A stretch of DNA of 62,365 nucleotides, counting the filler, from Hausera hauseri (Eukaryota), in the NCBI GenBank assembly GCA_046269625.1. It is 12 parts of 12 records of this genome, joined end to end, with 100 filler letters (N's around TTAATTAATTAA, not from the genome) between each part and the next. Parts side by side here need not be neighbours in the genome. Positions count along the whole stretch, not along the records: positions 32,378 to 37,791 come from JBJURY010259844.1; positions 37,892 to 42,100 come from JBJURY010699770.1; positions 42,201 to 46,541 come from JBJURY010627330.1; positions 46,642 to 50,965 come from JBJURY010634886.1; 8 more parts are not named here. One strand, written 5' to 3'. The notes below the pieces were generated by a model. It saw only the letters and a program-made list of their open reading frames with translations, did no database searches and was not told the origin of the DNA. Shown here piece after piece: positions 37,106 to 48,240 of this stretch (position 1 is the first letter of the stretch; every line of letters begins with the position of its first letter). The position numbers and the translations under genes are program-made.

Positions 37106-38659
37106 GAATCTATATAGAAAAACAATGTACAGTTATAAACATTCGTATATACAATATATGCACACATATAACTTCCAGCAAGTTACCCAGAAACCCCTGC
37201 AGCTACTCAACCTTCTTTAAAGGCAGTGGACTCAGTTCTTCTTTTACTACCCTGTAATGTCAGCAGCACGACCAGCTACTGTGATAGAGGTTGCTCACAT
37301 GTTCACTCACGCTGTCTACCAGACGACTGTGACAACAGTTTACACACATGTTTTTTCAGTCATTAACCAATAAAATGTGGGGCAGCTTTAGCTAGGGACA
37401 GGTCGCCTAATAAGGAGACTGTCCCTGGAAATGAGATGTTTGATCACCCTAATCTCAGTTCTGGTGTACTGGATTAATCCTCTACATACGGTAAGTAGAA
37501 TAAAAGTAAGAGATTTGTATATCTCATAAAACCTGCAACAGATAACACAAAACTGTTACACAAACCTACTCAGTTCTGATGTTGATCTCAAACTAATATA
37601 CCAGTTTCAATTTACAAATCACATGATAAAGTTACAAAAGTTTTACTCTTCTGTTGGAATTTAAAGCAACAAAGGTAGTTCTTTTAGACTCCACACTCAA
37701 AACATCTGTATTACTCAGTCTTTCCTCACCCATGATTGATCTTTATCAGATAAGAATCCGAATCAGCTTTATTGCCGTTGTCAATGAACATNNNNNNNNN
37801 NNNNNNNNNNNNNNNNNNNNNNNNNNNNNNNNNNNTTAATTAATTAANNNNNNNNNNNNNNNNNNNNNNNNNNNNNNNNNNNNNNNNNNNNAAACTATAG
37901 TCTCCGTTTCCTGTTTTCAGCTGTCTAATAACCAGCAGCCGGTGTGGTCTCCTGCTGCTGTAGCTAATCTGCTTCAAGGATCAGCATGTTGTGCATTCAG
38001 GGATATTATTTTTCATTACTCGAGCGACTTGTCGTTTCATCATCTTCAAGCAGTCTGTCTGTTCTGACATCAACAAGTCATTGTCATACCTTACAACTCG
38101 ATGTTTCCTCATTTTCAGACCATTCCCTGTAAACTCGAGGAACAGTTGTGGTATCTGTGTAGGCAAGCCAGTTTAGACGAGCCTTACGATGAATCAGGCT
38201 TATGGTCTGAAGAAGCGGAGCTGGGGAGAGAAACTCAAAGCTTTCAGGGAGTTTGAAGTCTTTGGAGTTGTGAGATTGATGTTCTGTGGGTTTGTATGTT
38301 GTTTGAATGCCCAAACAGAAACACTCCTTCCCAAGCCGCCCCCCTACACAATTGCAGGGGTTGGTTTGGAGTAAGTGTTTAAACTGTTTTCAAAAATTTG
38401 AGGCAGGGAATTGATCTTTCTTGATCCTTTTTCCGCGTACGTTACTGATATAAACGTCACCTTCATCTCTTCCTTCCACGAAAGCTTTAAGTACGATTTC
38501 TCTTTTGGTTGGTATTAATACATCTTAATAATATAATACATCTTAATACAATACGTAAATTGTAGAATTGAGAGCAAGTGAATTGGACTTGCGAATCAAC
38601 AAAGAGATTCCACGCTTGGAAACGGCAGCCCAAACTAAAATTTTGGGGCAAAATTTCTG

Positions 38660-39266
38660 CAGTTATTGATTCGCCGGTATCACATGCTTTATTATAGTAG
38701 TCACATTCAGGGCATGTCATCATTATTCCAGGTGATAGTTCAAAAAGAGCATCATATTCTCTCAGCTCGACTTGGTAATCTTTAATGGCTACTACATTAT
38801 CCAGAATTTCTCCATTTGCATTGTAGGATTCTCCCTTACAATAGCATGTCTTATCAATTGATCCGGCTACGAAAATCTTCTTGTTGATAGCTTTTCCTTT
38901 TTGAGCCTTTAATCGAATGCTTCTGATTTTAATGTTTTGTCACGAAAGCTTCTATACACATTTGTTTACTTATCGGAAGTGGTTCGAATGGGATGGTTGG
39001 CTCTACCATGGCTGAGTCGCAAATAAAGTGGAAGTAGTTTTTTCACACAAAATATTCTTTCACTTTAGTTTTTACAAATTCTGATTCTTGATAAACGTAG
39101 TCTTTATTGGTTACTGTAGTTAATGATGTCAGATTAGCATATGGACATTTTTCTAAGTCTAACAGAGAATATATCGGACCTTCTTTCGCTTGGCTACAGT
39201 CGTAGGCAGTGATTGAAAATGATCTCAAGATGAAATTAAATAAGAAAAGTATGGGAAGAATTTTAA
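38660..39266 (-). pseudogene. N-terminal part of a second chuvirus/gB-like glycoprotein, truncated
   Basis: ITAYDCSQAKEGPIYSLLDLEKCP...YQESEFVKTKV and ECDYYNKACD align with the 29655-31490 glycoprotein. Confidence 0.8.
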
Positions 39267-40349
39267 TTACCCAAGACAGATCAATATCTGACAGTTGATT
39301 ATGTTGTTTTGTTGGGAGGATGGAAGGTTTTCTATTTGTGTCTGAACTACAGGTGCTGATTCTTGTATCGTTGTTTGTATCAAACTATTGATCCATCCTC
39401 CTCTGTACTTTACCCAACCTTCTACATTAACTTCCAATTCTCTTGCGGTAATTTTTATTTTTGTCTCTATCTTCTTGATTTGAGTTTGAACCATTTATCT
39501 CCATTATTTTATACAGGAGATAAGACAGCCGTCACAATCTTACTTCTAGATATACCTGTTCCCATCATTCTAGAGAGTATCTTTCTCTGGTATCTCACTT
39601 GTTCTTTCGTCTGCGAATATGTGCCAATTGCTCACTTATCTTTGCTATTTCACTTTTGATTGTCCGTACTAGTGAATTTGGTACTTGCAAATTTGTATTA
39701 AACTCAACAAAGGTATTGTACATTCTTGCTAACAAAGTTTGTGGCAATGTCGTCAATGAGAAATTACCTGGATCATCTTCAGTTGTTAATAACCTTCGAA
39801 CAGCTTCATCATATCCTGCTTTTCTGTTCTTTAGTTGACAGTTTCGTTGTACCTTTAGGTCTACCTTGGTTTCTTTTATCAATTTGAATCTCTTCTGATA
39901 TAGGAATACTTGCTTCGATTTCTGTTTGTTGAACTTCATGGTGGGGTTCAACTTCTGGCATATCTTTTTGTCTAGATTCAATGAGAATTTCATCTACAAC
40001 ATAAACAGGATCGTATCTGTTTTCTCACATACAAACGTCGTATACATATTCAGAATCTAGCAATGTTTGTCCATAGAAACGTAATCCTAACAATAATTAA
40101 ATTATCGTTATTCATTTTCTGTGATTTTTCGCAGATCTGCTGCTCTTTTAATTCTAAATATAGCTGTTTTAGTTCGGCCACTTTATCTTTATCATCTACC
40201 ATATTCATTTTACACTCTTTAAATTTAGCTCTAATCTTTTGTTGGAGCTTTTCTACTGTATCTTCAGGTTCTGTATCTGTAACTTCGTGTTCATAATCTG
40301 TGTCGGATATATTGCCAATCATATCAACATGTCTCTTTTTTGAATCCAA
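39267..40349 (-). pseudogene. Linker and domain X between gag and the glycoprotein
   Basis: DEAVRRLLTTE...QTLLARM and IKITAREL...WVKYRGGWINSL are homologous to 31491-32277. ORF 40050-40349 is in frame with the gag zinc-knuckle ORF. Confidence 0.6.
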
Positions 40350-40352
40350 CTG

Positions 40353-41070
40353 TCATTTAGTAAGACAGGAACGGGTCATGTGTCCATATTTCTGACATGA
40401 GAAACATAAGGGTTGTCCATCTAGGTTAACCATTGGTTTTCTTATTGCGGATTTTTGAGGTTGACTTTGAAAGGTAACCTTCTTCTGCTGTTGTTCCGGC
40501 TGATTTGGGAACTTTTGAAATGGCTTTTGTTGAAAAATTTTCACTTTTCATCGCTTTTGGGATGCTTTTTTACATTCTCCAACCTTTCATAACTTACTTC
40601 AATTTTTTGAACTTTACTGACAGCTTCTTTATGTGTCAGAATCAGCAACGAGTGTAATTCTGGATTTCTTTATTAACTCCACAACAGAACTGAGCTAAGA
40701 AAGCGTCTTCTCTAATATCTTCATCTACATGGGTTCTCCGAGCCAACTTATGAAGGACATATGCATACTCTTGCACGGTTTTGCCTTTTCTCTGACGTAT
40801 CCTGTTGAAATCTCTAAATTGACCCTTTCCTGACGGGTTTACTAAGAGCCTTTCTTCCAGGGACTCCTTAAGGCTAGCCAATTAATTTTTATCATCATCT
40901 TTAATTTGTGTATAAACTCTGGGTGCTACTCCTTTTAGATGAGGCGGAAGACCCTTTATCCTCAGCTCGTCTGTCCATTCATAGCTATTTGAGTACATCT
41001 CGTACTGCATCAAGAACTCACTATAGTCCTGATCTGGTTTGCTTTCCAATTTGTCCATCGGCAAAACCAT
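40353..41070 (-). pseudogene. Ty3/Gypsy Gag (capsid plus CCHC nucleocapsid)
   Basis: FLMQYE...W...LPPHLKGVA; RQRKGKTVQEYAYVLHKLA (MHR-like); QFCCGV; CFSCQKYGHMTRSC zinc knuckle. Confidence 0.9.
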
Positions 41071-41250
41071 TGTGCCATTACTGCATAAGCTGGTACCTAA
41101 TCCTGAATTGGGTATCCACGGATTTTTTTTCTACTTGGTTTTCGTCTGTTTCAGAACCGGATGGGCTTATCCCCGAATCCATGTTTTCGATTGTTATTTA
41201 TAGCGCACGCTTTACGTTTATTTCGTTAAGAATACGACGCCGATGTGCCT

Positions 41251-41267
41251 CCTCAATCGGGGCACCA
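41251..41267 (-). promoter_or_regulatory. Primer-binding site complementary to the 3' end of elongator tRNA-Met
   Basis: Minus strand reads TAACA-T-TGGTGCCCCGATTGAGG. It matches the vertebrate elongator tRNA-Met 3' end (CCTCACACGGGGCACCA, recalled) at 15 of 17 positions and lies about 180 bp upstream of gag. Confidence 0.75.
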
Positions 41268-41268
41268 A

Positions 41269-42100
41269 TGTTAAAAGTAATGAGAATTACGACCTCAAAG
41301 ATAACTTTATTCAGTTGCTCAAATAGCAACCTGTGGGGTTGCTAAACAATTTAATTAAAAATTTTGTCCCTAATGTATGAGTTTGATACCAGTAGGCACA
41401 CTGGTATACTCACCCTTAGTTATCGATTTTTAGCAACCACACCTTAGTGGCAGGTATACCTAAGTTCGGATCCTTTTATTTAGAATTATTTATCTATTGC
41501 AATACGTAATATTACTTATTAATAGATTTCTTTCAAAAAGAACTGGCAAACCTGTCGAATTTTTAGTGATAGAAATACGAAGAACACATTTAATAACTAA
41601 ATATTTAATGAAAACACTCAATGATTTTTCAGTCAATTTCACTATAAATATGGAACGAAAAACAACATTGAAAATAAAATTTTAATAATTTATCTACAAC
41701 TCAATATCTTAAATAGTAAACAACCAAAATAAATGAAAACATGAAATGAATAATCTTACATCCGTCATAAAATACAACTTTTATAATGAATCGTCTGAGG
41801 TTTTCAATGAAGGATAAAAAAAATACAATCAAAAACAGTTCTTATATACTTCTTTTTTCTAATCACATTGAAAGATCAATTGGATCGATTTAGATTGTCA
41901 GAGGAAATGGAAACTGAACCAAAATCAATTAGATAAAATTATAATCCTCTTAGATAAAAATCAAGTCAATTAAATCGGCTCGGGTCACATCAAATAAATG
42001 ATCAATTTTTATCTAATAATATTGTTAAACTCTTATTAACCCTCTCGACCAGAAATATTGGATCGTTTCTACTATCTTCTCCGTCTAATTTATTCTATTA
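41269..42100 (-). repeat. 5' LTR of the env-bearing Gypsy element (3' boundary defined, 5' boundary not seen)
   Basis: Ends in ...TAACA immediately before the PBS. AT-rich and non-coding, with AATAAA and hairpins. Confidence 0.55.
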
Positions 42101-42531
42101 NNNNNNNNNNNNNNNNNNNNNNNNNNNNNNNNNNNNNNNNNNNNTTAATTAATTAANNNNNNNNNNNNNNNNNNNNNNNNNNNNNNNNNNNNNNNNNNNN
42201 CATGTGCAGGTATACATAAAACAACTGAAAATCAATAAAAACAGCCAAAAAACAACGCCACGTCGAAGACAACATCGAATTGGAAAAGCTATTTACTAAT
42301 CAAACACACACACACATAAAGCAACACAAGAGCATATCGGACATAACGGAATCACGCACATCCAACAAGGTTATCAAAGCAATCATTATGTATTATGCGA
42401 AATCGGTAAAATGGGATGGCACACCAAATAATCAGAAATGAGAAATACAGTCGAACTGGAACTACGGTACAATATCGGCTGAGACACTGATGTAAACAGT
42501 GATGTTACGTGGGTGTGACATAAGCAACCAA

Positions 42532-45356
42532 TCACTGCAGAATATCCGTGTATGTCTTCTCTAACCACGGGTACACGTCGACCACTCTAGACTTCAACGA
42601 CAATGTGTATTCGTTGCTCTCTGGATTGATCTTCAGCTCGGCGAGCACCCAAATATTGTTGGTAAGTTTTAGAGACTGATATAACATGTCTTGTCCATCA
42701 ACGTTGCGCTTCGCAATCGTGAATATGTTGCTCTTTCTCAATCGGTCACTGCACTGTTCAGCAGACAGATGAATACCATGCAGTTTCGATTGCTTCTCGT
42801 TGGCACTGGGTATGTCCTTCCATGTGGCTAGAAATACGCGTTTCTCCATTTCCCCATCGTCAACCATCAATAAGTAAAGAGGCGCCAAACATTGGAAGTA
42901 AAGTACATCAATGTTGGTCTTCATGGCCACCTGTAGGTTCATCAATTGTTCCATTTTCATGACAGGTCCGTTGGTGTTTAACGGCAAACTATAGTTAATC
43001 GATTGATTCGTCATCAATGGCGCAGTAATCGACAGCGGCTGTGACGGTGCGATACCGAAACTATTCTTGTTGAACTGAATAGCGAAGTCAGAAAGTGGCT
43101 GAAGTGCTCGATTGGTCAGCGTCAGATCCATAAACATCTGGTTGCCGGGCTTCCTTGAAAATGTGCCGGAAATCTCCAGACCTTTGCCCTTTTGTGAATT
43201 TAGCCACATTTCCTTCGGCTGTATGTAACCATGACTGCTGGCCAACGACAATCCGCCAGTCGACATTCCCAGACCACCAAATATGTCCACCAAAGCATCT
43301 GCCGAGCTACCGCCAGTGTTGGATGCCGCTGTCGAGCTGGTTGCTCCATGGCTGGGAGGATTAATATTCAAAAGACTATCCAAACCGTCACCGAGCAGAT
43401 CGAATGAGCCGGACATAGGCTGAGCAGCAGGAGCGTACCCAGAATATGCCTGCACATTCGGCATTGTATTGATGTCCATGTCCATCAGCAAGTCGCCAAC
43501 GATGGCTTCTTGTGAAGGAATGACGGTCTGTGTTGGCATCGTGTCGTTGGTGGTCTCGACACCCCCATCAACTCCCTCTGACCGCGACTGTGTCTGTCGA
43601 CGAACGAAATGTTTGCCATCAAAAAAGGAATTCGGTGGCCGATGATAAACACTCGCAAGAGTGGCAAGATGGCAAATCAATTCATCCAGCAAACTGGGTT
43701 CAAGCAAATCTGTTTCTTCACTAATCAGTGGTTTCTCAGCAAGCACGACGTCCTTCGCTGCAGCAGGATCCGTTGACAGCAGTCGCCAATATATGTAACC
43801 ACGGTCCCGCAAATCTGGATTATCCGATTCCTGTGTAGCGAGACTCAGCACTGTCTGCACAAGCTCCTGTGTGTGGGCCGGTCGTTTTAGGAACAATTTG
43901 ACGATGGCCGTCAGCAGCTGCAACTGGACTTGGGTATTCTCGTCTTGAAATCCCTCAAGGAACGATTCCAGCAATTCGTCAGCATTGTCAATCCGTTCAG
44001 CATATTCGCCAATAATCCAGATCATAGATGCACGAGCTTCCGGCTCGTCTAAAGTATCCAGATTTTCGCATAAAGTTGCGATTATGCTTTCGTATTTATT
44101 GGGATATTTTCGGAAAATGTCCTACAATAATAACGTCCGTAAAATTATCACTTAACACATACCTTGATGACAACGACGGCTTCCTGCACAACATAATTGA
44201 CTTTGGTCTGTATCAGATCAATCAGCGTCGTAACACATCGTTCAGCAGCCGTCTCAACTTTGATGGCACAACGACCGATCGCTCTTACCGACTTACGAAC
44301 AAAATCAACATCAACCTCCTTCGCGTACTCTTTCAGTTCAGCTAACACCTGCGCGATGTTATTTGAATTCGTCAGACGAATCATTATATCGAGTTTTTCC
44401 AATTTCACGTATATCGGATCGTTGTACTTCACAAAGAATACTTTCACTTCATTTTTCAGAATATCTGGTCGCCGTTGGACAACCAGATTAATGTTACGCA
44501 AGGCAACATACTGGATTTCCGGTTCAGCTGACAGCTGAGTAACAAGAGGTGGTGCCAGTTTCCTGATCATGGACTGGACAAAATCGTCACTAGGATTGAG
44601 GATCTCAATGAGTCTCATGACGACCTTCACCGCTGACAGTACAACAGCAGCATTAGCATGAGATAATCGCGGAATGACGCGTTCACAAATAGCCTGTGCT
44701 TCGGCCTCATCCCTTGGCTGATAGTTTGACACCGCATCAAGAATAAACACCTGGCCCCATCTGGATAACATGTGATTGATATACAATCGTTACTATCATT
44801 ACTCTGTGCACTCGTTCAGTGCAGTTAACAATTTGTTGACAACACCTTGGTTAAATGCCAATAACTGATGTACAGTTTCTGATTGAGTAGAATCTAGAAT
44901 TTCAGAAATTGCGGCAACAGCATTAGCCACCACCATTGGATTGCTGTCACTTAGTAAATCTTTCAGCAGCTCCAAGAATCCATTGTCCTCGACAATTGTC
45001 GCATCAATATCATAAAGCTTAGCGACACAAACAGCAGCAGTTTTTCGAACGTATGGATCTTCATCTTTCAGACATTTACGTAACGGGTCACAGAGATAAG
45101 CAGTTATTTTATCTACTCTTATGCAACCCATAGTTCGAACGGCCAATGCACGAATCAGTGGATTTGAATCGTCACAGTCCTGAAATTTAATAAAAGCTTT
45201 CTACTGATTAAATGGCCAACCCTGACAAATGTATTCACAGCCAAAATTGCCGTGTCCGGTTGAGTTTTAGCGTAATTCATGAGATAAAGATAAACTAATT
45301 TCTTTAATTCCAGATTATCAGTTTGCATGCAGTTTACAACGTCGGGAAACAGTGCA
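42532..45356 (-). CDS. AP1B1: AP-1/AP-2 adaptor complex beta subunit (beta-adaptin), 5'-incomplete. Exons 45356-45221, 45179-44803, 44760-44163, 44121-42532
   Basis: [84 protein letters not shown], plus the ear domain. Three GT-AG introns of 41, 42 and 41 bp restore the frame. Invertebrates typically have a single AP1B1/AP2B1 ortholog. Confidence 0.95.
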
Positions 45357-46648
45357 CTGAAAAAGAAATAAAACTATTATAATGAACTGAAATTATTATA
45401 ATGTAGATAAAACTGGTGCAAAATTTAAAACACTACAAAAAGCAATTTTTGAATATCTTTATACGTACTCTACTGAAGTAAAATTTATTTTTAAACAAAG
45501 GTTTTTCTGAAATTCTATAATTGACAGTAATTTGATAATAAGCAGCTGAAAGATGTAACCATATACAGTACCCTAAAACAAAGTAATAATTGCATAACAT
45601 GATATATCAAGCCTGTTGTAACTTGTGTTGAGCCTATGTACATTTAGAGCTGTTTTTATTTTTCATACAGTTCAAACTATCCGAAAGATAGTAAAGTTGT
45701 CTAAAATATTGCATAGATAAAGCCCATTAACTACACCGTTTTAAATTTAACTGTATTAAAGTACATTATTTGTATGCCGCTCAGTGTTTCTCATCGAATA
45801 TGTGGACAAATTGAGTATCATTATAATTGTTCCGTAGTTTGAATCATGGGGCATGTGAATGTCTTCGTTATTATCTCACAAAACGGCGTGAAATAGAAAA
45901 CAGACTGAATAAAATAGACAAGATCTCGAATGACTCCATAGCACTATATAGATCATGGTCAACGCTTGAAGATTAAGTAGTGATACTAGTATTAAATAGT
46001 GAATCGTATAATATACGTTAAGTCCAAAAGAGCGAATACCGACCATTTGCAATGATGAATATAGTGCGTCAAATGTGAATGTACCAGATAGACAAGCCTA
46101 GACAAAATTATTTATAACACACAATAGGCACATGTGGTAAAATAATTGACGGCTAAATTTTGTAACATAGGACAATTTTAAACTGAGAATATGGTAGACA
46201 AATGTAATTCGTCATCATTATCAAACAATCATTTACAAAACAAAAAGTCTCACTGTTAAATTTCGTCAATCTTATTAAAATTTGTAAAAGCTAGCTAAAT
46301 GCAACACATTGATTTGGAATAAGAGTACAATATATATATACAATAATGATATAAAAATTCATTGCTCATAATAGCATTTGTTCAATTTCCCCTTTCTATC
46401 TACTTAAGACTTCAACTGAAAATGTATCATTGATATTATTTTTGAACTATAAAGTACAAATATAATGTTTGACCGCTAGTCCCTTGATGTACGTGTGTAA
46501 AGACAAAAATTCGCTATAGATTATTAAAGAACTTTCGAGATNNNNNNNNNNNNNNNNNNNNNNNNNNNNNNNNNNNNNNNNNNNNTTAATTAATTAANNN
46601 NNNNNNNNNNNNNNNNNNNNNNNNNNNNNNNNNNNNNNNNNCTCTTGG

Positions 46649-46957
46649 ACCTAGTTGGGTTATATATTCTCATACAAAAAGAAATTCCAGTAAAAAATTA
46701 TTTCTGAATATATTAAATTGAAACTTTGCAAAACTAAGATACAGTTTACATTGTTCTTATAACAGTTTTCGAATTTCAAAATGGTCACCTCTGACCTCCA
46801 CACATTTCCTCAATCTCGGACACCACTCGCTTATAGCGGTACTAACCTTTTCCATAGAAAGTCAATCCCAGGCTTTGAGAATGGACCTCTTTAGGGACTT
46901 CAAACTTGTATGTTGTTTGCTACAGGCATCCTTCTCGAGCTCCACCCAGAATTGGTT
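46649..46957 (+). repeat. Left terminal inverted repeat (about 309 bp)
   Basis: Reverse complement of 47929-48237 with scattered mismatches. Confidence 0.93.
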
Positions 46958-47928
46958 CATACATTCTCATACAAATTCACATGATATCACCTTGTTGCTA
47001 ACATTCACAAGTTGCTGCACGTGATATCGCTTTGTTCTCTTAGTTATAAAAACAAGCTGTTAAGACATTCAGTTTATTATAATTAGCTTTATACGTTGTT
47101 CAAATATTTTTAGAGAAAATGTTGACTATCAAAGAGAAAAGGAGTTTAGTTTTACGTCATCACAATGCTGGGTGCAGGCCAGGGGAGATTTTCAAGTTGA
47201 AGAAATACGACGTCAAACGGGATTTCATTTATCGGACCATTCGACGTTACAAGGATACTGGAACCACTGCAGACTAGCCCAGAAATAGCAAAAAACGTTC
47301 GATTAGAACACCGGAAATGATCTCAAGGCTCTTAAATCCAGATTTCACCGAAATCCATGCCAATACTCCAAAACGTTGGCTATCCAAATGAAAACATCAC
47401 ATTCTACTATGAAGAGAGCAATTTCGCATGACTTTGGTTTTGAAGGCTTACAAAAATCCATTTTCTTCCAGAAAAAAATAGGAAAATCAAATGCCGCGAT
47501 TTGCTCAAGCGGTACTCGGAAAAAGACGTGGACAGGATCCTGTTTACCGATGAGAAAAGTTTACAGTGGAGCACAAATTTAATAAACAAAATGACAGAAT
47601 TTATGCGACGTCAATCAGTGAAGTGCCAAAGAGCCTCAAAAGAGTGACCAGGCGACACCATCCTCTTCAACTCATGGTGTGGGCAGGAAGCAGTGCCACG
47701 AGCAAGGCACTACTTAACTTTGTGGATGAAGGAGTTGAAGTCAAAGCGAAGAATTACATCGAACACAATTTGGAGCCAACTGTGAAGCCGCTGAACGATA
47801 CTCTTTTCAAAAGAAAACAATGGTCCTTCAAGCAAAGGGTCACCCAAGAGTGGTTGAAATCAAATGTCAGAGATTTCATTTCTTCCACTGAATGGTCCTT
47901 GACTTTACCTGATTTGAATCCATTGGGT

Positions 47929-48237
47929 AACCAATTCTGGGTGGAGCTCGAGAAGGATGCCTGTAGGAAACAACATACAAGTTTGAAGTCCCTAAAGAGG
48001 TCCATTCTCAAAGTCTGGGATTGACTTTGCATGGAAAAGGTTCGTACCGCTATAAGCGAGTGGCGTCTCAGATTGAAGAAATGTGTGGAGGTCAGAGGTG
48101 ACCATTATAAAATTTGAAAACTGTTATAAGAACAATGTAAACTGTATCTTAGTTTTGTAAAGTTTCAATTTAATATATTTAGAAATCAATTTTTACTGGA
48201 ATTTCTTTTTGTATGAGGATATATGAATCAACTAGGT
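47929..48237 (-). repeat. Right terminal inverted repeat, overlapping the transposase C-terminal coding region
   Basis: Reverse complement of 46649-46957. Encodes NQFWVELEKDACRKQHTSLKSLKRSILKVWD... Confidence 0.93.
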
Positions 48238-48240
48238 ATA

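Larger units (their letters stand above)
46649..48238 (+). mobile_element. maT/DD37D (Bmmar1-like) Tc1/mariner transposon, defective. Transposase about 47119-48117
   Basis: ILFTDEK, EHKFNKQNDRIYA, HHPLQLMVW, PDLNPLG, CRKQHTSLKSLK, GDH. The second catalytic D region (QDSAP) is deleted and the third D reads G. Long TIRs; TA at the right end. Confidence 0.9.

Noticed and set aside
4375-41070. Stop-codon reassignment or programmed recoding to explain the broken ORFs
   Set aside because: All three stop codons and many frameshifts occur at copy-specific positions, while beta-adaptin reads cleanly in the standard code. This is ordinary decay.
13589-42100. Pairing the putative 3' LTR (13589-14106) with the 5' LTR (41269-42100) as one insertion
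   Set aside because: No visible nucleotide similarity; they belong to different subfamilies or to non-overlapping parts.
5145-44538. Long antisense ORFs (e.g. 5145-5555, 11624-12205, 25507-26028, 28627-29166, 44197-44538)
   Set aside because: They are shadows of real coding sequence on the opposite strand and have no motifs of their own.
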